A DNA stretch of 64,000 bases from positions 11,829-75,828 of the forward strand of contig CAMCXT010000004.1 in NCBI GenBank assembly GCA_945883545.1, in the 5' to 3' direction. The number at the start of each line of letters is the position of its first letter. The first letter of the stretch is position 1. The position numbers and the translations under genes were made by a program. This DNA comes from Chitinophaga pinensis (GTDB lineage: Bacteria; Bacteroidota; Bacteroidia; M30B66). Positions 1 to 9,860 of this stretch are shown piece by piece. The notes below the pieces were generated by a model, which was not told the origin of the DNA, did not search any database, and saw only the letters and a list, made by a program, of their open reading frames with translations.

Positions 1-241
1 GCACCTTTTTCTCCATCCCTTCATTGTCGACGAGGTAAAAACTGAATAGGTTGGCGTTTTGTTCTGGGTTGTAGCTCAATTCTTTCACCTTATTGAGCTT
101 ACCTGCCACGTGGAATTCCTTTCCGGGTGCTTCCATGGCTTCGGTGAAGGAAGCGTAGGTTGAAGAATCGAGAAAGGTGCTCAGAATGGTGCCGATGGCA
201 ACAGCAATGAGCACAATGGCAATGATGTGTGTTTTTTTCAT
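1..241 (-). CDS. ccmE: Cytochrome c maturation heme chaperone CcmE (runs off the window edge)
   Basis: Hand translation from the ATG at 241: MKKTHIIAIVLIAVAIGTILSTFLDSSTYASFTEA...EFHVAGKL...NLFSFYLVD. N-terminal TM anchor; lies directly after ccmC-ccmD. Confidence 0.85.
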   Translation of the reverse strand, partial: MKKTHIIAIVLIAVAIGTILSTFLDSSTYASFTEAMEAPGKEFHVAGKLNKVKELSYNPEQNANLFSFYLVDNEGMEKKV

Positions 242-248
242 GGCCTGA

Positions 249-464
249 TTATGATTTTTGGTTCTTTTCGAGGCGGCTGATTTTTCGGTCGAGGCGGAAA
301 AGCCAAATGGATAGCCCGATAAAAACGATCGAGATTACAGCCACTACCACATAAATTTTACCGTCGGCACGAAAGGCATCAGCCATTTCGGGAGCTTCGG
401 CGGCGAACAATGGTGCTGCGAAGAGGCAGCAAAGTGCAAGAAGGAAAGATTTGAATGCTTTCAT
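249..464 (-). CDS. ccmD: CcmD-like small membrane protein
   Basis: 71 aa with GKIYVVVAVI...LFRLDRKISRLEK; between ccmC and ccmE. Confidence 0.75.
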   Translation of the reverse strand: MKAFKSFLLALCCLFAAPLFAAEAPEMADAFRADGKIYVVVAVISIVFIGLSIWLFRLDRKISRLEKNQKS

Positions 465-1207
465 AGAATGTCTTTTGGTGTTGAAATTCCTGCGTTGTTA
501 TCGGAAAAGGAATCCATCATTTTTTGGTATTCGAGTTTTTTCATTCTGAAGCCGAGTGTTGAAATCCAGGTGCCGATGATAATCCATCCAATTACTGCAG
601 GATAGAACACCAAACGCATCGAACTGTTGAGATCGTATCCAGAAAAAGCGGGATTTCCACCATTGCCTGGATGCAAGCTATCCACTTTGTTGAGGCGAGG
701 ATAAACCATCAAGAAAACCATGAGCAGCACAAAAGCGAAGATGTTGTAAACGGCAGCCACACGACCTCTTTTTTGTTCTTCATCCATCGAATTTCTAAGG
801 ATGATATAGGCAAAATAGATGAGTAGAGAAATTGCGGCACCGTTGAGTTTCGGGTCGTTCACCCACCAGCCGCCCCAAGTGAAGCGTGCCCAAACACTGC
901 CGGTGGTGATGCCAAGCAGGCCGAGAAGGATTCCAGCGAATGCAAATTGTTCGGCTTTGAAATCGTCGTAAATCTTGTTTTTGCTCAAGTAGCGGATGCT
1001 GTAGAAGAGCGAAACGCCCATCATAGCCATCATACCAAACCACATGGTAACGTGGTAGTAGAGGTTTCGAATAGTTTCGTTGAGTACGAACAGGCGGGGT
1101 ACTTCGCCGAGCATTCCCCAAATGAGCGAGTACAGAACGAGGAGTACACCAGCTATTTTCCACCAGTGGCGAGCGATAGCAGATGTTTCTGTGGAGCTTG
1201 TTGACAT
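461..1207 (-). CDS. ccmC: Heme exporter / cytochrome c biogenesis protein CcmC (CcsA family)
   Basis: Trp-rich motif GSVWARFTWGGWWVNDPKL, conserved His in YYHV and SLHP, multiple TM helices. Confidence 0.92.
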   Translation of the reverse strand: MSTSSTETSAIARHWWKIAGVLLVLYSLIWGMLGEVPRLFVLNETIRNLYYHVTMWFGMMAMMGVSLFYSIRYLSKNKIYDDFKAEQFAFAGILLGLLGITTGSVWARFTWGGWWVNDPKLNGAAISLLIYFAYIILRNSMDEEQKRGRVAAVYNIFAFVLLMVFLMVYPRLNKVDSLHPGNGGNPAFSGYDLNSSMRLVFYPAVIGWIIIGTWISTLGFRMKKLEYQKMMDSFSDNNAGISTPKDIL

Positions 1208-1224
1208 ATGTGATTTTCAGCGCA

Positions 1225-1232
1225 CAAATTTA
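1225..1232 (-). promoter_or_regulatory. Bacteroidota -7 promoter element (TAAATTTG) upstream of ccmC
   Basis: The + strand reads caaattta about 18 nt before the start codon; matches TAnnTTTG. Confidence 0.55.
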
Positions 1233-1335
1233 GGTGAAAACAAGTGATCTTCTCTGTACATTTTGGTTGTATTTGCATAGGTTGTCGAAAAAAATCTACC
1301 GTTAGGTTTTCTTTTAAAAATATACTTATAATTGA

Positions 1336-1806
1336 ATGTTCAATCTCAACCTTAAACCTATAGAAAACATGGAAGAACTATTACTAGATCAAACATTTGT
1401 TAAATCAGAACCTACCAACTATGCTGGCTTTTGGGTTCGTTTTGGAGCTGCTTTTATTGATGGCCTTATTACAACAGCAATTGGATTTATTATCCTTTAT
1501 GCAACAGGTGGTTCTTTTGAAAACCAAAGTCCTATAAACAACTTGATCAATATCGTAATAGCTTGGATTTATGCCGCTGCAATGGAATCATCCGACCGTC
1601 AGGCAACACTTGGAAAGATTGCAGTTGGTATCAAAGTTACCGATATGAACGGCGAAAGAATCAGTTTCGGTAAAGCAACTGGTCGCCATTTCGCTAAAAT
1701 CATCTCTGCAATCATCCTTCTCATAGGTTACATCATGGCTGCATTCGATGCTAAGAAGCAGGCGCTTCACGATAAGATGGCTGGCACCTTGGTGTTGAAT
1801 AAATAA
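1336..1806 (+). CDS. RDD family membrane protein
   Basis: YAGFWVRFGAAFIDG...QATLGK...KQALHDKMAGTLV. True start may be the second Met at 1369. Confidence 0.9.
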   Translation: MFNLNLKPIENMEELLLDQTFVKSEPTNYAGFWVRFGAAFIDGLITTAIGFIILYATGGSFENQSPINNLINIVIAWIYAAAMESSDRQATLGKIAVGIKVTDMNGERISFGKATGRHFAKIISAIILLIGYIMAAFDAKKQALHDKMAGTLVLNK

Positions 1807-1844
1807 TTTCGGTCTTTTAACCCATCTCTCAGCTCCGGACTTAT

Positions 1845-1868
1845 AACCCCGGACTTAAGTCCGGGGTT
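1845..1868. repeat. REP-like palindrome, family A (perfect 24-bp AACCCCGGACTTAAGTCCGGGGTT)
   Basis: Read directly; a half copy (tccggactta) lies at ~1834. Confidence 0.9.
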
Positions 1869-1878
1869 GCGAGGGTAA

Positions 1879-2320
1879 CACCTCACCCTAACCCTCTCCA
1901 CTGGAGAGGGAATTGCATTTCGGTAGAGGTGAATTCTGGTTTAACCCCTAAGCCTAAATATAAACGTAATCAGTCCCCTCTCTCTTGTGGAGAGAGGGCT
2001 AGGGAGAGAGGTAAATAGAAACACCTCTCCCTAACCCTCTCCACAGGAGAGGGAATTAGATCTCGGTACCAATAGGCATTTAGATAAAATTGAAAATCCT
2101 ACTTCGAACCCAATGTTCACAGTAGTCGTGATCAGTCTCCTTTCTCCTGCGGAGAGAGGGCTAGGGAGAGAGGTAAAAAAGCAACACCTCACCCTAACCC
2201 TCTCCACTAGAGAGGGAATAGCATTTCGGTAGAGGTGAAAATCCAGTTTAAACCCCAACGCTCACAGTAAAAGTGATCAGTCCCCTTTCTCCTGCGGAGA
2301 GAGGGCTAGGGAGAGAGGTG
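1879..2320. repeat. Three inverted REP doublets (REPIN-like), family B
   Basis: CACCTC(A/T)CCCTAACCCTCTCC-n-GAGAGGGAA at ~1879, 2022 and 2185 alternates with inverted TC(C/T)CCT(C/T)TCTC-n-GGAGAGAGGGCTAGGGAGAGAGGT at ~1974, 2136 and 2281. Confidence 0.9.
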
Positions 2321-2365
2321 AAAAATCAGGTTAGAACCAAAGGGCGGTGCACTTAAAATTAATAA

Positions 2366-2718
2366 TCCCCCGGACTAAAGTCCGAGGCTGCGTTGTAATC
2401 CCTTTCACCTTTTCCCTTTTCACTCATCATCGGTGCTAATACAATCACTTATCCCCGGACTAAAGTCCGAGGCTGCGTTGTAATCCCTTTCACCTTTTCC
2501 CTCTTCATCGGTGCTAATACAATCACTTATCCCCGGACTAAAGTCCGAGGCTGCGTTTTCTAACCTTTTTCCTTTTCAATTTAATACTTTGTACCTAATA
2601 CTTTGTACTTTTTACTCAGGACTCAATTCCTTTTCACCTCGTCATTGGTGTTAATACAATCATATATCCCCTGACTAAAGTCCGAGGCTGCGTTTTCTAA
2701 CCTTTTTCCTTTTCAATT
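2366..2718 (-). repeat. Array of four family-A REP copies with homologous linkers
   Basis: CCCCGGACTAAAGTCCGAGGCTGCG at ~2367, 2453, 2531 and 2668 (the last has one mismatch). Confidence 0.9.
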
Positions 2719-2802
2719 TAATACTTTGTACTTAATACTTTGTACTTAATACTTTGTACTTAATACTTAATACTAAGTACTCAGGACTAAGTACTAAAGA
2801 CT
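2582..2802. repeat. Heptamer tandem tracts (NNNNACT)
   Basis: Six units at 2582-2623 and twelve at 2719-2802 (taatact/ttgtact/aagtact/caggact/aaagact). Confidence 0.9.
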
Positions 2803-2809
2803 CAATCCC

Positions 2810-4141
2810 CTAAATCATCCCCCGCGACTTCAGCTCCAAATACTTGTTCACCGTATTCACTGAGAGGTCTTCAGGTTTTGTAAATACCGTTTGAATGTTG
2901 TATTGCTTCAGTAATTGCACCAACTGCAGTTTTGTAGTAACGAATTTCCGCGCCACTGTTTGGGTATAGATGTCTTCTAAGGTTTCTGGTTCGGAGCCTG
3001 CCAGCTTTGCGATTTCCTCATTTTCGAAAAATACCACCACCAACAAATGAAATTTATTGATCTTCCTCAAAATGGGCAAGACACGCTCTAAGGCCATCTG
3101 GCTCTCGAAATTGGTGTATAAAAAGATCAAACTGCGCTGTGTGATTTTCTTCCGAATCATGGCATACAGCATTTCCGGATTGGGCTCTAGCGCCTGAGGT
3201 CGGATATTGTAGAGCGTTTCAAGGAGCTTTCTAAGTTGTGCCGATGATCTGTCGGCTGCTACCATGCGCACTTGTCGAGCATCGTAATACATGAGCCCCG
3301 CTTTGTCGGATTTCCGCAGCGCGATATTTGAAATTACCAAGGAGGTATTGATTGCATAATCGAGCAACGTAAGGCCATTGAAAGGCAGTTCCATCGCGCG
3401 ACTCACATCAATGATCGAATACACCTGTTGCGATTTTTCGTCGGTGTATTGGTTAGTCATCAACTTGGCTCTTCGGCTGGTAGCCTTCCAGTTGATGCTT
3501 CTGTACTCGTCGCCCGGCACGTAATCTTTGATTTGATCGAACTCGTACGTATGACCAATCCTCCGAAGCTTCCTTATCCCACTTGTGGTAGCAATTTCCG
3601 AAAAGGTGCGCAATTCGAGCTGCTTCATTTCAAGCACCGACGGATACACGGCAACTTCCACTTTTTGATCAAAACTAAATTGCCTGCTAAAAAGCAAAAA
3701 GCGCGATTTCAGCAGCAAATGAATTTTCCCAAATTCGTAAACGCCTCTCACCAGTGGTCGAATCGAATATTCTAAACGCTTCTTTTCACCAGGTTTGATG
3801 AGGGTTTTCATGACAAAATTTCGCCGCTGCAATTGAATGGGCAATTCGTCAATAACCTCCAATTGCGTTGAAATATGACTCAAATTCGCAATGGTTAGGT
3901 TTATTTGATTTTCACTTCCTAACGACAACACCGGTTGCACTTTGCGGTGCACCTGAAACCGAATGCCCGTCAAGTACAAGATGATTAAATCGATGCATGA
4001 AAGTGCTGTAAATGCAGCAAGAATGATCTTCGAAGGGATGAGTAGAAAGTCAAATGGGAATGCCAATACAAACACGAACGCAATGCCGATGAGCACACGG
4101 TAAAAAAGACTGGTTGGCAAAAATCCCGGTTTGAGCTTCAT
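2810..4141 (-). CDS. DUF58 domain protein (vWA-like MoxR partner)
   Basis: EFDQIKDYVPGDEYRSINWKATSR and IIDVSRAM motifs; abuts moxR. Confidence 0.92.
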   Translation of the reverse strand: MKLKPGFLPTSLFYRVLIGIAFVFVLAFPFDFLLIPSKIILAAFTALSCIDLIILYLTGIRFQVHRKVQPVLSLGSENQINLTIANLSHISTQLEVIDELPIQLQRRNFVMKTLIKPGEKKRLEYSIRPLVRGVYEFGKIHLLLKSRFLLFSRQFSFDQKVEVAVYPSVLEMKQLELRTFSEIATTSGIRKLRRIGHTYEFDQIKDYVPGDEYRSINWKATSRRAKLMTNQYTDEKSQQVYSIIDVSRAMELPFNGLTLLDYAINTSLVISNIALRKSDKAGLMYYDARQVRMVAADRSSAQLRKLLETLYNIRPQALEPNPEMLYAMIRKKITQRSLIFLYTNFESQMALERVLPILRKINKFHLLVVVFFENEEIAKLAGSEPETLEDIYTQTVARKFVTTKLQLVQLLKQYNIQTVFTKPEDLSVNTVNKYLELKSRGMI

Positions 4142-5172
4142 TATCGAGGAACTTCGAGGCTTTCAGTGATGCGTTTGATGATGTCGAAAGTGCGAACGCC
4201 TTCCATTTCACGTTCTGGTATGAGTTGGATTCTGTGGTTCAAAACAGGACCGGTAACCTGGCGGATATCGTCGGGAGTTACGAAATCTCTACCCGAAATG
4301 GCAGCATGTGCCTTTGATGCGCGCATGATCGCCAAGGATGCCCGTGGTGAAGCTCCGAGATAAAGATCGGTATCGTTTCGGGTTTGATACACGATTTTAG
4401 AAATGTATTCGAGCAGTTCGTCTTTGATGTGCACTTTCTCCACCAATGCACGGAGTTCCTGAATTTGAGCTGCCGTTTTCACTGCTTTCACCTCGTGGAT
4501 GAGGCGGTTGCTAAAGTCGTCGCGGAACCGCTGAAGGATTTTCAATTCCTCATGCAATTCTGGGTATCCGATGATAATTCGAAAGAGAAAACGATCCAAT
4601 TGCGCTTCAGGCAATCGGTAGGTTCCTTCCTGTTCGATCGGATTTTGGGTTGCCAACACGATGAACGGACTGCCCAATGAATACGTGTTCCCATCCACTG
4701 TAACTTGTTGCTCTTCCATCACCTCGAAGAGGGCCGATTGGGTTTTAGCCGGGGCTCGGTTAATTTCATCGATGAGGATGATGTTTCCGAAAATAGGCCC
4801 GCGGTTAAACTCAAATTCGCCCGTTTTCATGTTGAACACACTCGTGCCGGTCACATCCGTCGGCATTAAATCGGGCGTGAACTGAATGCGCGAATAATCC
4901 AAGTTCAGGCATTTTGCCAATAGGCGCGAGGTGAGTGTTTTCGCGATACCAGGAACGCCTTCAATCAACATGTGACCTCCAGCAAACAAACCAGTGAGTA
5001 AATGTTGGATCAATTCGTTTTGTCCGATCAGTACTTTGCTCATTTCCTGACGAATTTCCTCGGCCGCAACGGCAACTGGATGCATTGCAGGGCTAGGGTT
5101 TTCGGGAACAATGTTCGGGTTTTCCTCAGGTTCGAGTGGAAGCATGTTTTCTTCGTTATCGATGGTTGTCAT
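4141..5172 (-). CDS. moxR: MoxR family AAA+ ATPase
   Basis: Walker A GVPGIAKT, RIQFTPDLMP, Walker B LIDEINRAPAKTQSAL, ATQNPIEQEGTYRLPEAQLDRF. Confidence 0.95.
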   Translation of the reverse strand: MTTIDNEENMLPLEPEENPNIVPENPSPAMHPVAVAAEEIRQEMSKVLIGQNELIQHLLTGLFAGGHMLIEGVPGIAKTLTSRLLAKCLNLDYSRIQFTPDLMPTDVTGTSVFNMKTGEFEFNRGPIFGNIILIDEINRAPAKTQSALFEVMEEQQVTVDGNTYSLGSPFIVLATQNPIEQEGTYRLPEAQLDRFLFRIIIGYPELHEELKILQRFRDDFSNRLIHEVKAVKTAAQIQELRALVEKVHIKDELLEYISKIVYQTRNDTDLYLGASPRASLAIMRASKAHAAISGRDFVTPDDIRQVTGPVLNHRIQLIPEREMEGVRTFDIIKRITESLEVPR

Positions 5173-5174
5173 TT

Positions 5175-6428
5175 TTATTTGCAGTTTTTATAAAATCTTG
5201 TGAGGGATTGATGGAATTTGATGGCAATTTTATCGTCTAGAACCGAATAAACACGTACTTTCTGATATTCATCGCGGATGTCTTGGATTATTTCTTTGGA
5301 AACGCCCGATTTTACATGGAGTTTATCGATGGTTTGGTCGTCGAGCTCTGATGCTTGAATTCTGTATTTTTCACGAATCCAACTTAAAAAATACCGCATT
5401 TGATGCCTTACCATGGTTGGATGTTCGCGTTCAATGAAATACAATCGAGAAATGGTTTTAATAAATTCCAGTGAGCTATTTTTCTTAGGCTCAATTACAG
5501 GAACAACACGCTGAATGCGTTTAAAGGCAAATAAAACATACAACAATCCTGTAACAAGAAGAATTACCAGCGCCCAATAGAGTGGGGGATTATTTAATAT
5601 GAAACTTAATGGCGATTGGTTTTGATTCAATAACCCAGAATCGGTGCCGGGTTTCCAATTTTGAGCATAGGAATCCCAAATAATATCGCCTGGTTTCAAG
5701 TAACTCAACACCGATTCGGCATATTTTGCTCCTTGGTTTTTAATTAAGTGATAATTGGTAAAAAACAGTGGATTGGTATGCAGGAAAACTCTGCCTTTCC
5801 CTACTTGCGCTGTGATGAAATTTACGTTGTTATCATCGATAACCCCAAGTGGCGTAATGGCCTTGTTTTGTCTAAGAAATACGTTGCTGAAATAAGTAAA
5901 TTGATATTCGCTTTTTAAATCAATTTGTTGAAAATGGAAATTATAATTGATTTGATTTTGTAGCGCAGGATCATAGAATTGAGCATTTACGCTTTCTTTA
6001 GATATACTCTTGAGAAGAGATTCAGTGTTAAAAACTGAGTCAACAAGCAATTCACTTAAAATCGGATAAGCCGGCTGTTTCGCAATAATCAATGCAGTAT
6101 TTCCACGCTCAATAAATTTGAATAAAGCGTCAACCTCACTTGGTTTTAGAAATTGTTCCTCTCCAATAAATAAATATGTTTTGTGGCTCGAAGAATCATT
6201 TAAAAGATCCTGAACATCCAGCAACACTTCGTTTCGCTCTATATCGTTTTCTGGAAAATAAGAATCTAACAGTTTGTAAAACACTTCTGCACCATAGGGC
6301 TGATCGCTGTTGTGTGCATAATTCTCATTCCAGTCGAATCGATTTTCAGGTGATAAATTCATGAAGAATATCAAAATTCCCCCGAAGATTATTACCGCCA
6401 AAATCCAGATCAATGCCCCTTGCTTCAT
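5175..6428 (-). CDS. DUF4350 domain membrane protein
   Basis: QPYG motif, LFFTNYHL, C-terminal TM then KRIQRVVP...SLEFIKTISRLY; position in the MoxR cluster. Confidence 0.8.
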   Translation of the reverse strand: MKQGALIWILAVIIFGGILIFFMNLSPENRFDWNENYAHNSDQPYGAEVFYKLLDSYFPENDIERNEVLLDVQDLLNDSSSHKTYLFIGEEQFLKPSEVDALFKFIERGNTALIIAKQPAYPILSELLVDSVFNTESLLKSISKESVNAQFYDPALQNQINYNFHFQQIDLKSEYQFTYFSNVFLRQNKAITPLGVIDDNNVNFITAQVGKGRVFLHTNPLFFTNYHLIKNQGAKYAESVLSYLKPGDIIWDSYAQNWKPGTDSGLLNQNQSPLSFILNNPPLYWALVILLVTGLLYVLFAFKRIQRVVPVIEPKKNSSLEFIKTISRLYFIEREHPTMVRHQMRYFLSWIREKYRIQASELDDQTIDKLHVKSGVSKEIIQDIRDEYQKVRVYSVLDDKIAIKFHQSLTRFYKNCK

Positions 6429-7207
6429 TTCTTATTGATTTTAGGAAGGGTGCTGGAATAAGACCTGAATTCATCGAAGAATTTCCGATAATCATCAAAT
6501 TGTTCTTGGTTGAGTTTCACTTTCCCAAACCAACTGAATTCGTAGAGATAGGTTATTCTTCGAAACAATACAGCGTTCGATCGTGCTCCAAATTCAACAA
6601 TGTAGGTTGCGTTGGTTTTATCTTTTTTCCAAACAATTTGTTCTGCCAAATGCAAATCGGCAAGTATTTGTAAAAAGAGCATCCGCAATGCCAAGGCAAA
6701 TTCACGTTGATCAATGGCTTCTTGCAGTTTTTTCTGAAGCGCCATTTCTGGTCCGCCTTCCTGCTCTAATGCTTCTGCAAACCAATCATCAGAAGCTTTT
6801 ACATTCGGATTCGACTTCGGAATCTGCTTCGCAATAAAGTAAATCAATACAATTACAACAAGTGCCAATACAATGATTAATGCCACTTGTCCCAAGCCCA
6901 TGAAACCAACCACTTTAGGCGGTTCTATTGGTTTTATATTATCGGTTTTGTATTCGTCTGGCTCGGGCTTTTTTTCGGTGTAATCGATGCCTTTCGTAAT
7001 TTCTTTGTACTCTTTTTCATCGAATGGCTTCACCTTGTTTAGCGGGTATTTTCGCTCATCTTCGAAGGTTGCAGTGGTATCATTTATCTGGATATTCTGC
7101 AATGAAACAATTTGATTTTTCGTTGCCAATTGAGCATAAATGCAAATGGGCTGAAACACCAGCATCCATAATCCAATAAACACCAATTGCCAGATTTTCC
7201 TATCCAT
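6425..7207 (-). CDS. DUF4129 domain protein
   Basis: ALRMLFLQILADL...WKKDKTNATY...ITYLYEFSWFG. Confidence 0.8.
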   Translation of the reverse strand: MDRKIWQLVFIGLWMLVFQPICIYAQLATKNQIVSLQNIQINDTTATFEDERKYPLNKVKPFDEKEYKEITKGIDYTEKKPEPDEYKTDNIKPIEPPKVVGFMGLGQVALIIVLALVVIVLIYFIAKQIPKSNPNVKASDDWFAEALEQEGGPEMALQKKLQEAIDQREFALALRMLFLQILADLHLAEQIVWKKDKTNATYIVEFGARSNAVLFRRITYLYEFSWFGKVKLNQEQFDDYRKFFDEFRSYSSTLPKINKK

Positions 7208-9020
7208 TGTACAATCCAGCTTTTTGCAATTTACTCTTCAAGCCCAACGCGAGATTCTGCTCTCTCAGCGAATAATACAACATGATCGACCCGATGGTTA
7301 ACAAGGAAATTGCCATCAATAAACTCGAAAAATGGAAAAAGACCACAATGCCCGATTTGTATAGCATATAGTCGCTCGAATCGAGTTGAAAAAACATCTC
7401 AACCATATCTAAATTCACCAACATAGGCATAAAATCGCCCATCAAAAGCATCAAGGCCGACAAAACAAATATCGACAGTGAAAGTCCAAAGATTGCCGAG
7501 AATCCATTCGACAATAGCCCAAATCCCTCCGAAATGGCTTCTTCTGCTGGCTTTTCACTAAGGAAATTAGAAACTGAAACCAAGGATATGATTGGTAACG
7601 ATAAAGCAAAAAGAAAGACGCCCCAATTATCGATCAAAAGCAGTAACATAAAGGGAAGCATCAATAAAATGGAGGTAAACATTTTCCCTGTAAAATTTTT
7701 AATGCTCAAATTTCTTTTCGGTTCAACCAACTTCAACCAAAATCGTGAAACCATAAAGCCAAGCAGCCCGAAAACTGTGGCATACATCGGTATGAAAATG
7801 TAATTAGAATGAATTTCTAGAAAAGTGATTTTTTGGAAAAAGAATTCTTTGTAAACCACATCAGCCCAATTCAAAATGCCATAATTATTGTTTACAAAAA
7901 TGATGGTGAGTAAAAATGCAGCGATAAATACCCAAACAGCAATTTTACCAAACAGTTTGAAAAATGTACTGAAGGTTGTTCCGAACAATTCGGATGAACT
8001 TTTTACTTCATCCAACATTGGGTTGAAAAGCTTATCGGCAGGCAAATATTGGTTTTCAGATTCTTGAATGGATATTTTATTGAATACGATTCTCGGATAA
8101 ATAACTGTGTAAAAAATCACCAAAGCCAACATCAGAAAAATAAGCGCAAAACGAATCACATTGTTAAGGTTTGTGTAGCGTGTAATGAAGCTTTCGATGA
8201 TTGCAGCCACAAACAGCATCAAGACTACCAGAATAACAATGCGAATGCCCGATCGGGCTGCCAGTTTGAGCGACTGTATTCTGGTGAACGTTCCAGGAAA
8301 TACCAATGCTTTCCCCAACATCAATCCAGCGCCTCCTGAAATGATGATGGCAGAAATCTCGAAGGTTCCATGCATCCAAATAGCCAATGCCGAATCAATG
8401 AACAATCCCTTTTCGATAAAGAAATACTGAAATACGCCCACCATGATGCCATTGTAAATCAATACGCCCACTGTTCCAATGGCCATCAGTAGTCCACTCA
8501 TGAATGTTCGCAATGCAATGGTGAGGTTATTCACTGCAATCCTGAAAAACATCTCAATGGCATGTTCATCCTTGTAAATAGCCATCGGATCGTTTCCGTT
8601 GATGTTCGCATTTGTAGTGCTAATATAAGAATCGCCCAAAATGGATGCAGCAAAATCAGGGTCGTAAATAGAAGAAATGACTCCAATGGTAAATGAAAGG
8701 GCAAACAAAATGAACGAAAACAACAAGGCGTTTCTGCCATAATACAAGGAAAGCGGCAGTTCGGTTTTCCAAAAAGCAGCCATTTGCTTTCGTTGGCTCG
8801 ATGTTTTGCGATACAGCTGACCAAATACTGTTTGGGTAATCTGATTCAAATAAACCCTCACCACCCTGCTCGGGTAATGGGTTCGTGCATAGGAAAGGTC
8901 GTCGGTTACCTGAATGAAAAGATCACTTAGCTTGTCTGAGTCGCGTTGTTTCGCTTTGAGCAAGTCTTCGAGTTCCTTCCACTTCTCTTGATTTTGTTCA
9001 ATGAACCTTGCTTCCTTCAT
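7200..9020 (-). CDS. Stage II sporulation protein M (DUF95) family protein with an extra C-terminal multi-TM domain
   Basis: MKEARFIEQNQEKW..DDLSYARTHYP, IAVNNL, IWMHGTFEISAI, AAIIESFIT; roughly 290 aa of additional hydrophobic C-terminus. Confidence 0.85.
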   Translation of the reverse strand: MKEARFIEQNQEKWKELEDLLKAKQRDSDKLSDLFIQVTDDLSYARTHYPSRVVRVYLNQITQTVFGQLYRKTSSQRKQMAAFWKTELPLSLYYGRNALLFSFILFALSFTIGVISSIYDPDFAASILGDSYISTTNANINGNDPMAIYKDEHAIEMFFRIAVNNLTIALRTFMSGLLMAIGTVGVLIYNGIMVGVFQYFFIEKGLFIDSALAIWMHGTFEISAIIISGGAGLMLGKALVFPGTFTRIQSLKLAARSGIRIVILVVLMLFVAAIIESFITRYTNLNNVIRFALIFLMLALVIFYTVIYPRIVFNKISIQESENQYLPADKLFNPMLDEVKSSSELFGTTFSTFFKLFGKIAVWVFIAAFLLTIIFVNNNYGILNWADVVYKEFFFQKITFLEIHSNYIFIPMYATVFGLLGFMVSRFWLKLVEPKRNLSIKNFTGKMFTSILLMLPFMLLLLIDNWGVFLFALSLPIISLVSVSNFLSEKPAEEAISEGFGLLSNGFSAIFGLSLSIFVLSALMLLMGDFMPMLVNLDMVEMFFQLDSSDYMLYKSGIVVFFHFSSLLMAISLLTIGSIMLYYSLREQNLALGLKSKLQKAGLYNG

Positions 9021-9070
9021 CAGAGATATGCAGTATATTGGAACCGGAAAATTAGCTGAAATTTGGCAAC

Positions 9071-9805
9071 ATGCGAAAAATTGAAATAATTACACCTCAA
9101 AATGTTCCGGTGCAGTTCCAGCTCGCGAATGTTCGAGAAAGAGCAATGGCATTTTTTTTCGACTGCCTGATTATGTTCTTCGTGTCGCTGTTTCTATTTC
9201 TGTTTTTAGTCGCCGATGCAGCAAATTCCGAAATGCAAACCCTGATTTTTTATTGCATCGTTTTTCCAATCTATACCTTTTATTCTTTATTCTTCGAAAC
9301 CCTCCTCAACGGCAGAACCCCCGGCAAAGCGATGTTGAAAATCAGGGTGGTGAAGCTTTCTGGTTCCGATTTAAAAATCAGCGATTTCCTCTTACGTTGG
9401 TTGTTTCGGTGGATCGATATTTGGCTCTCAGCAGGTTCTCTGGCTGCATTGCAGGTTTCTTCTTCTCCCAACGGACAAAGAATTGGTGATCTTCTAGCCG
9501 ATACAACGGTAATTCGCCAACAACACGATTTCAAAGTTGTATTGAACGACCTGCTCGCCATTCGTTCCAAGCAAAACCATGAAATTCAATTCGAAAAAGC
9601 AGTTGTTTTTAAAGAAGAAGAAATGCTCTTGGTAAAACAAGTGCTCGAACGTTACCGCAAGTTCGACAATGAAGCACACAAGAAGATCTTAGTTGAAACA
9701 GCCAAAATGGTTTCTCAACGCCTCAATCTCGATGTGTTTCCTGGTGCAGCCGACGAATTCCTGAAAGCTGTATTGGTCGATTATATTACGTTGACCAGGT
9801 CTTAA
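9071..9805 (+). CDS. RDD family protein, divergent from the MoxR operon
   Basis: ITPQNV..LANVRERAMAFFFD...GRTPGK...QRIGDLLADTTVI. Confidence 0.9.
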   Translation: MRKIEIITPQNVPVQFQLANVRERAMAFFFDCLIMFFVSLFLFLFLVADAANSEMQTLIFYCIVFPIYTFYSLFFETLLNGRTPGKAMLKIRVVKLSGSDLKISDFLLRWLFRWIDIWLSAGSLAALQVSSSPNGQRIGDLLADTTVIRQQHDFKVVLNDLLAIRSKQNHEIQFEKAVVFKEEEMLLVKQVLERYRKFDNEAHKKILVETAKMVSQRLNLDVFPGAADEFLKAVLVDYITLTRS

Positions 9806-9808
9806 TTT

Positions 9809-9858
9809 TTCGCAGCACCGGACTTAACTCTTCGCAGCCCCGGACTTAAGTCCGGGGA
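9809..9858 (+). repeat. Family-A REP plus a truncated duplicate between convergent genes
   Basis: GCAGCCCCGGACTTAAGTCCGGGG at 9834-9857; partial copy ttcgcagcaccggacttaa at 9809-9827. Confidence 0.9.
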
Positions 9859-9860
9859 TA

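Noticed and set aside
2031-2258. 75-aa ORF in the intergenic region
   Set aside because: It lies wholly within family-B repeats; PSPLSAGER-type peptides are typical repeat translations.
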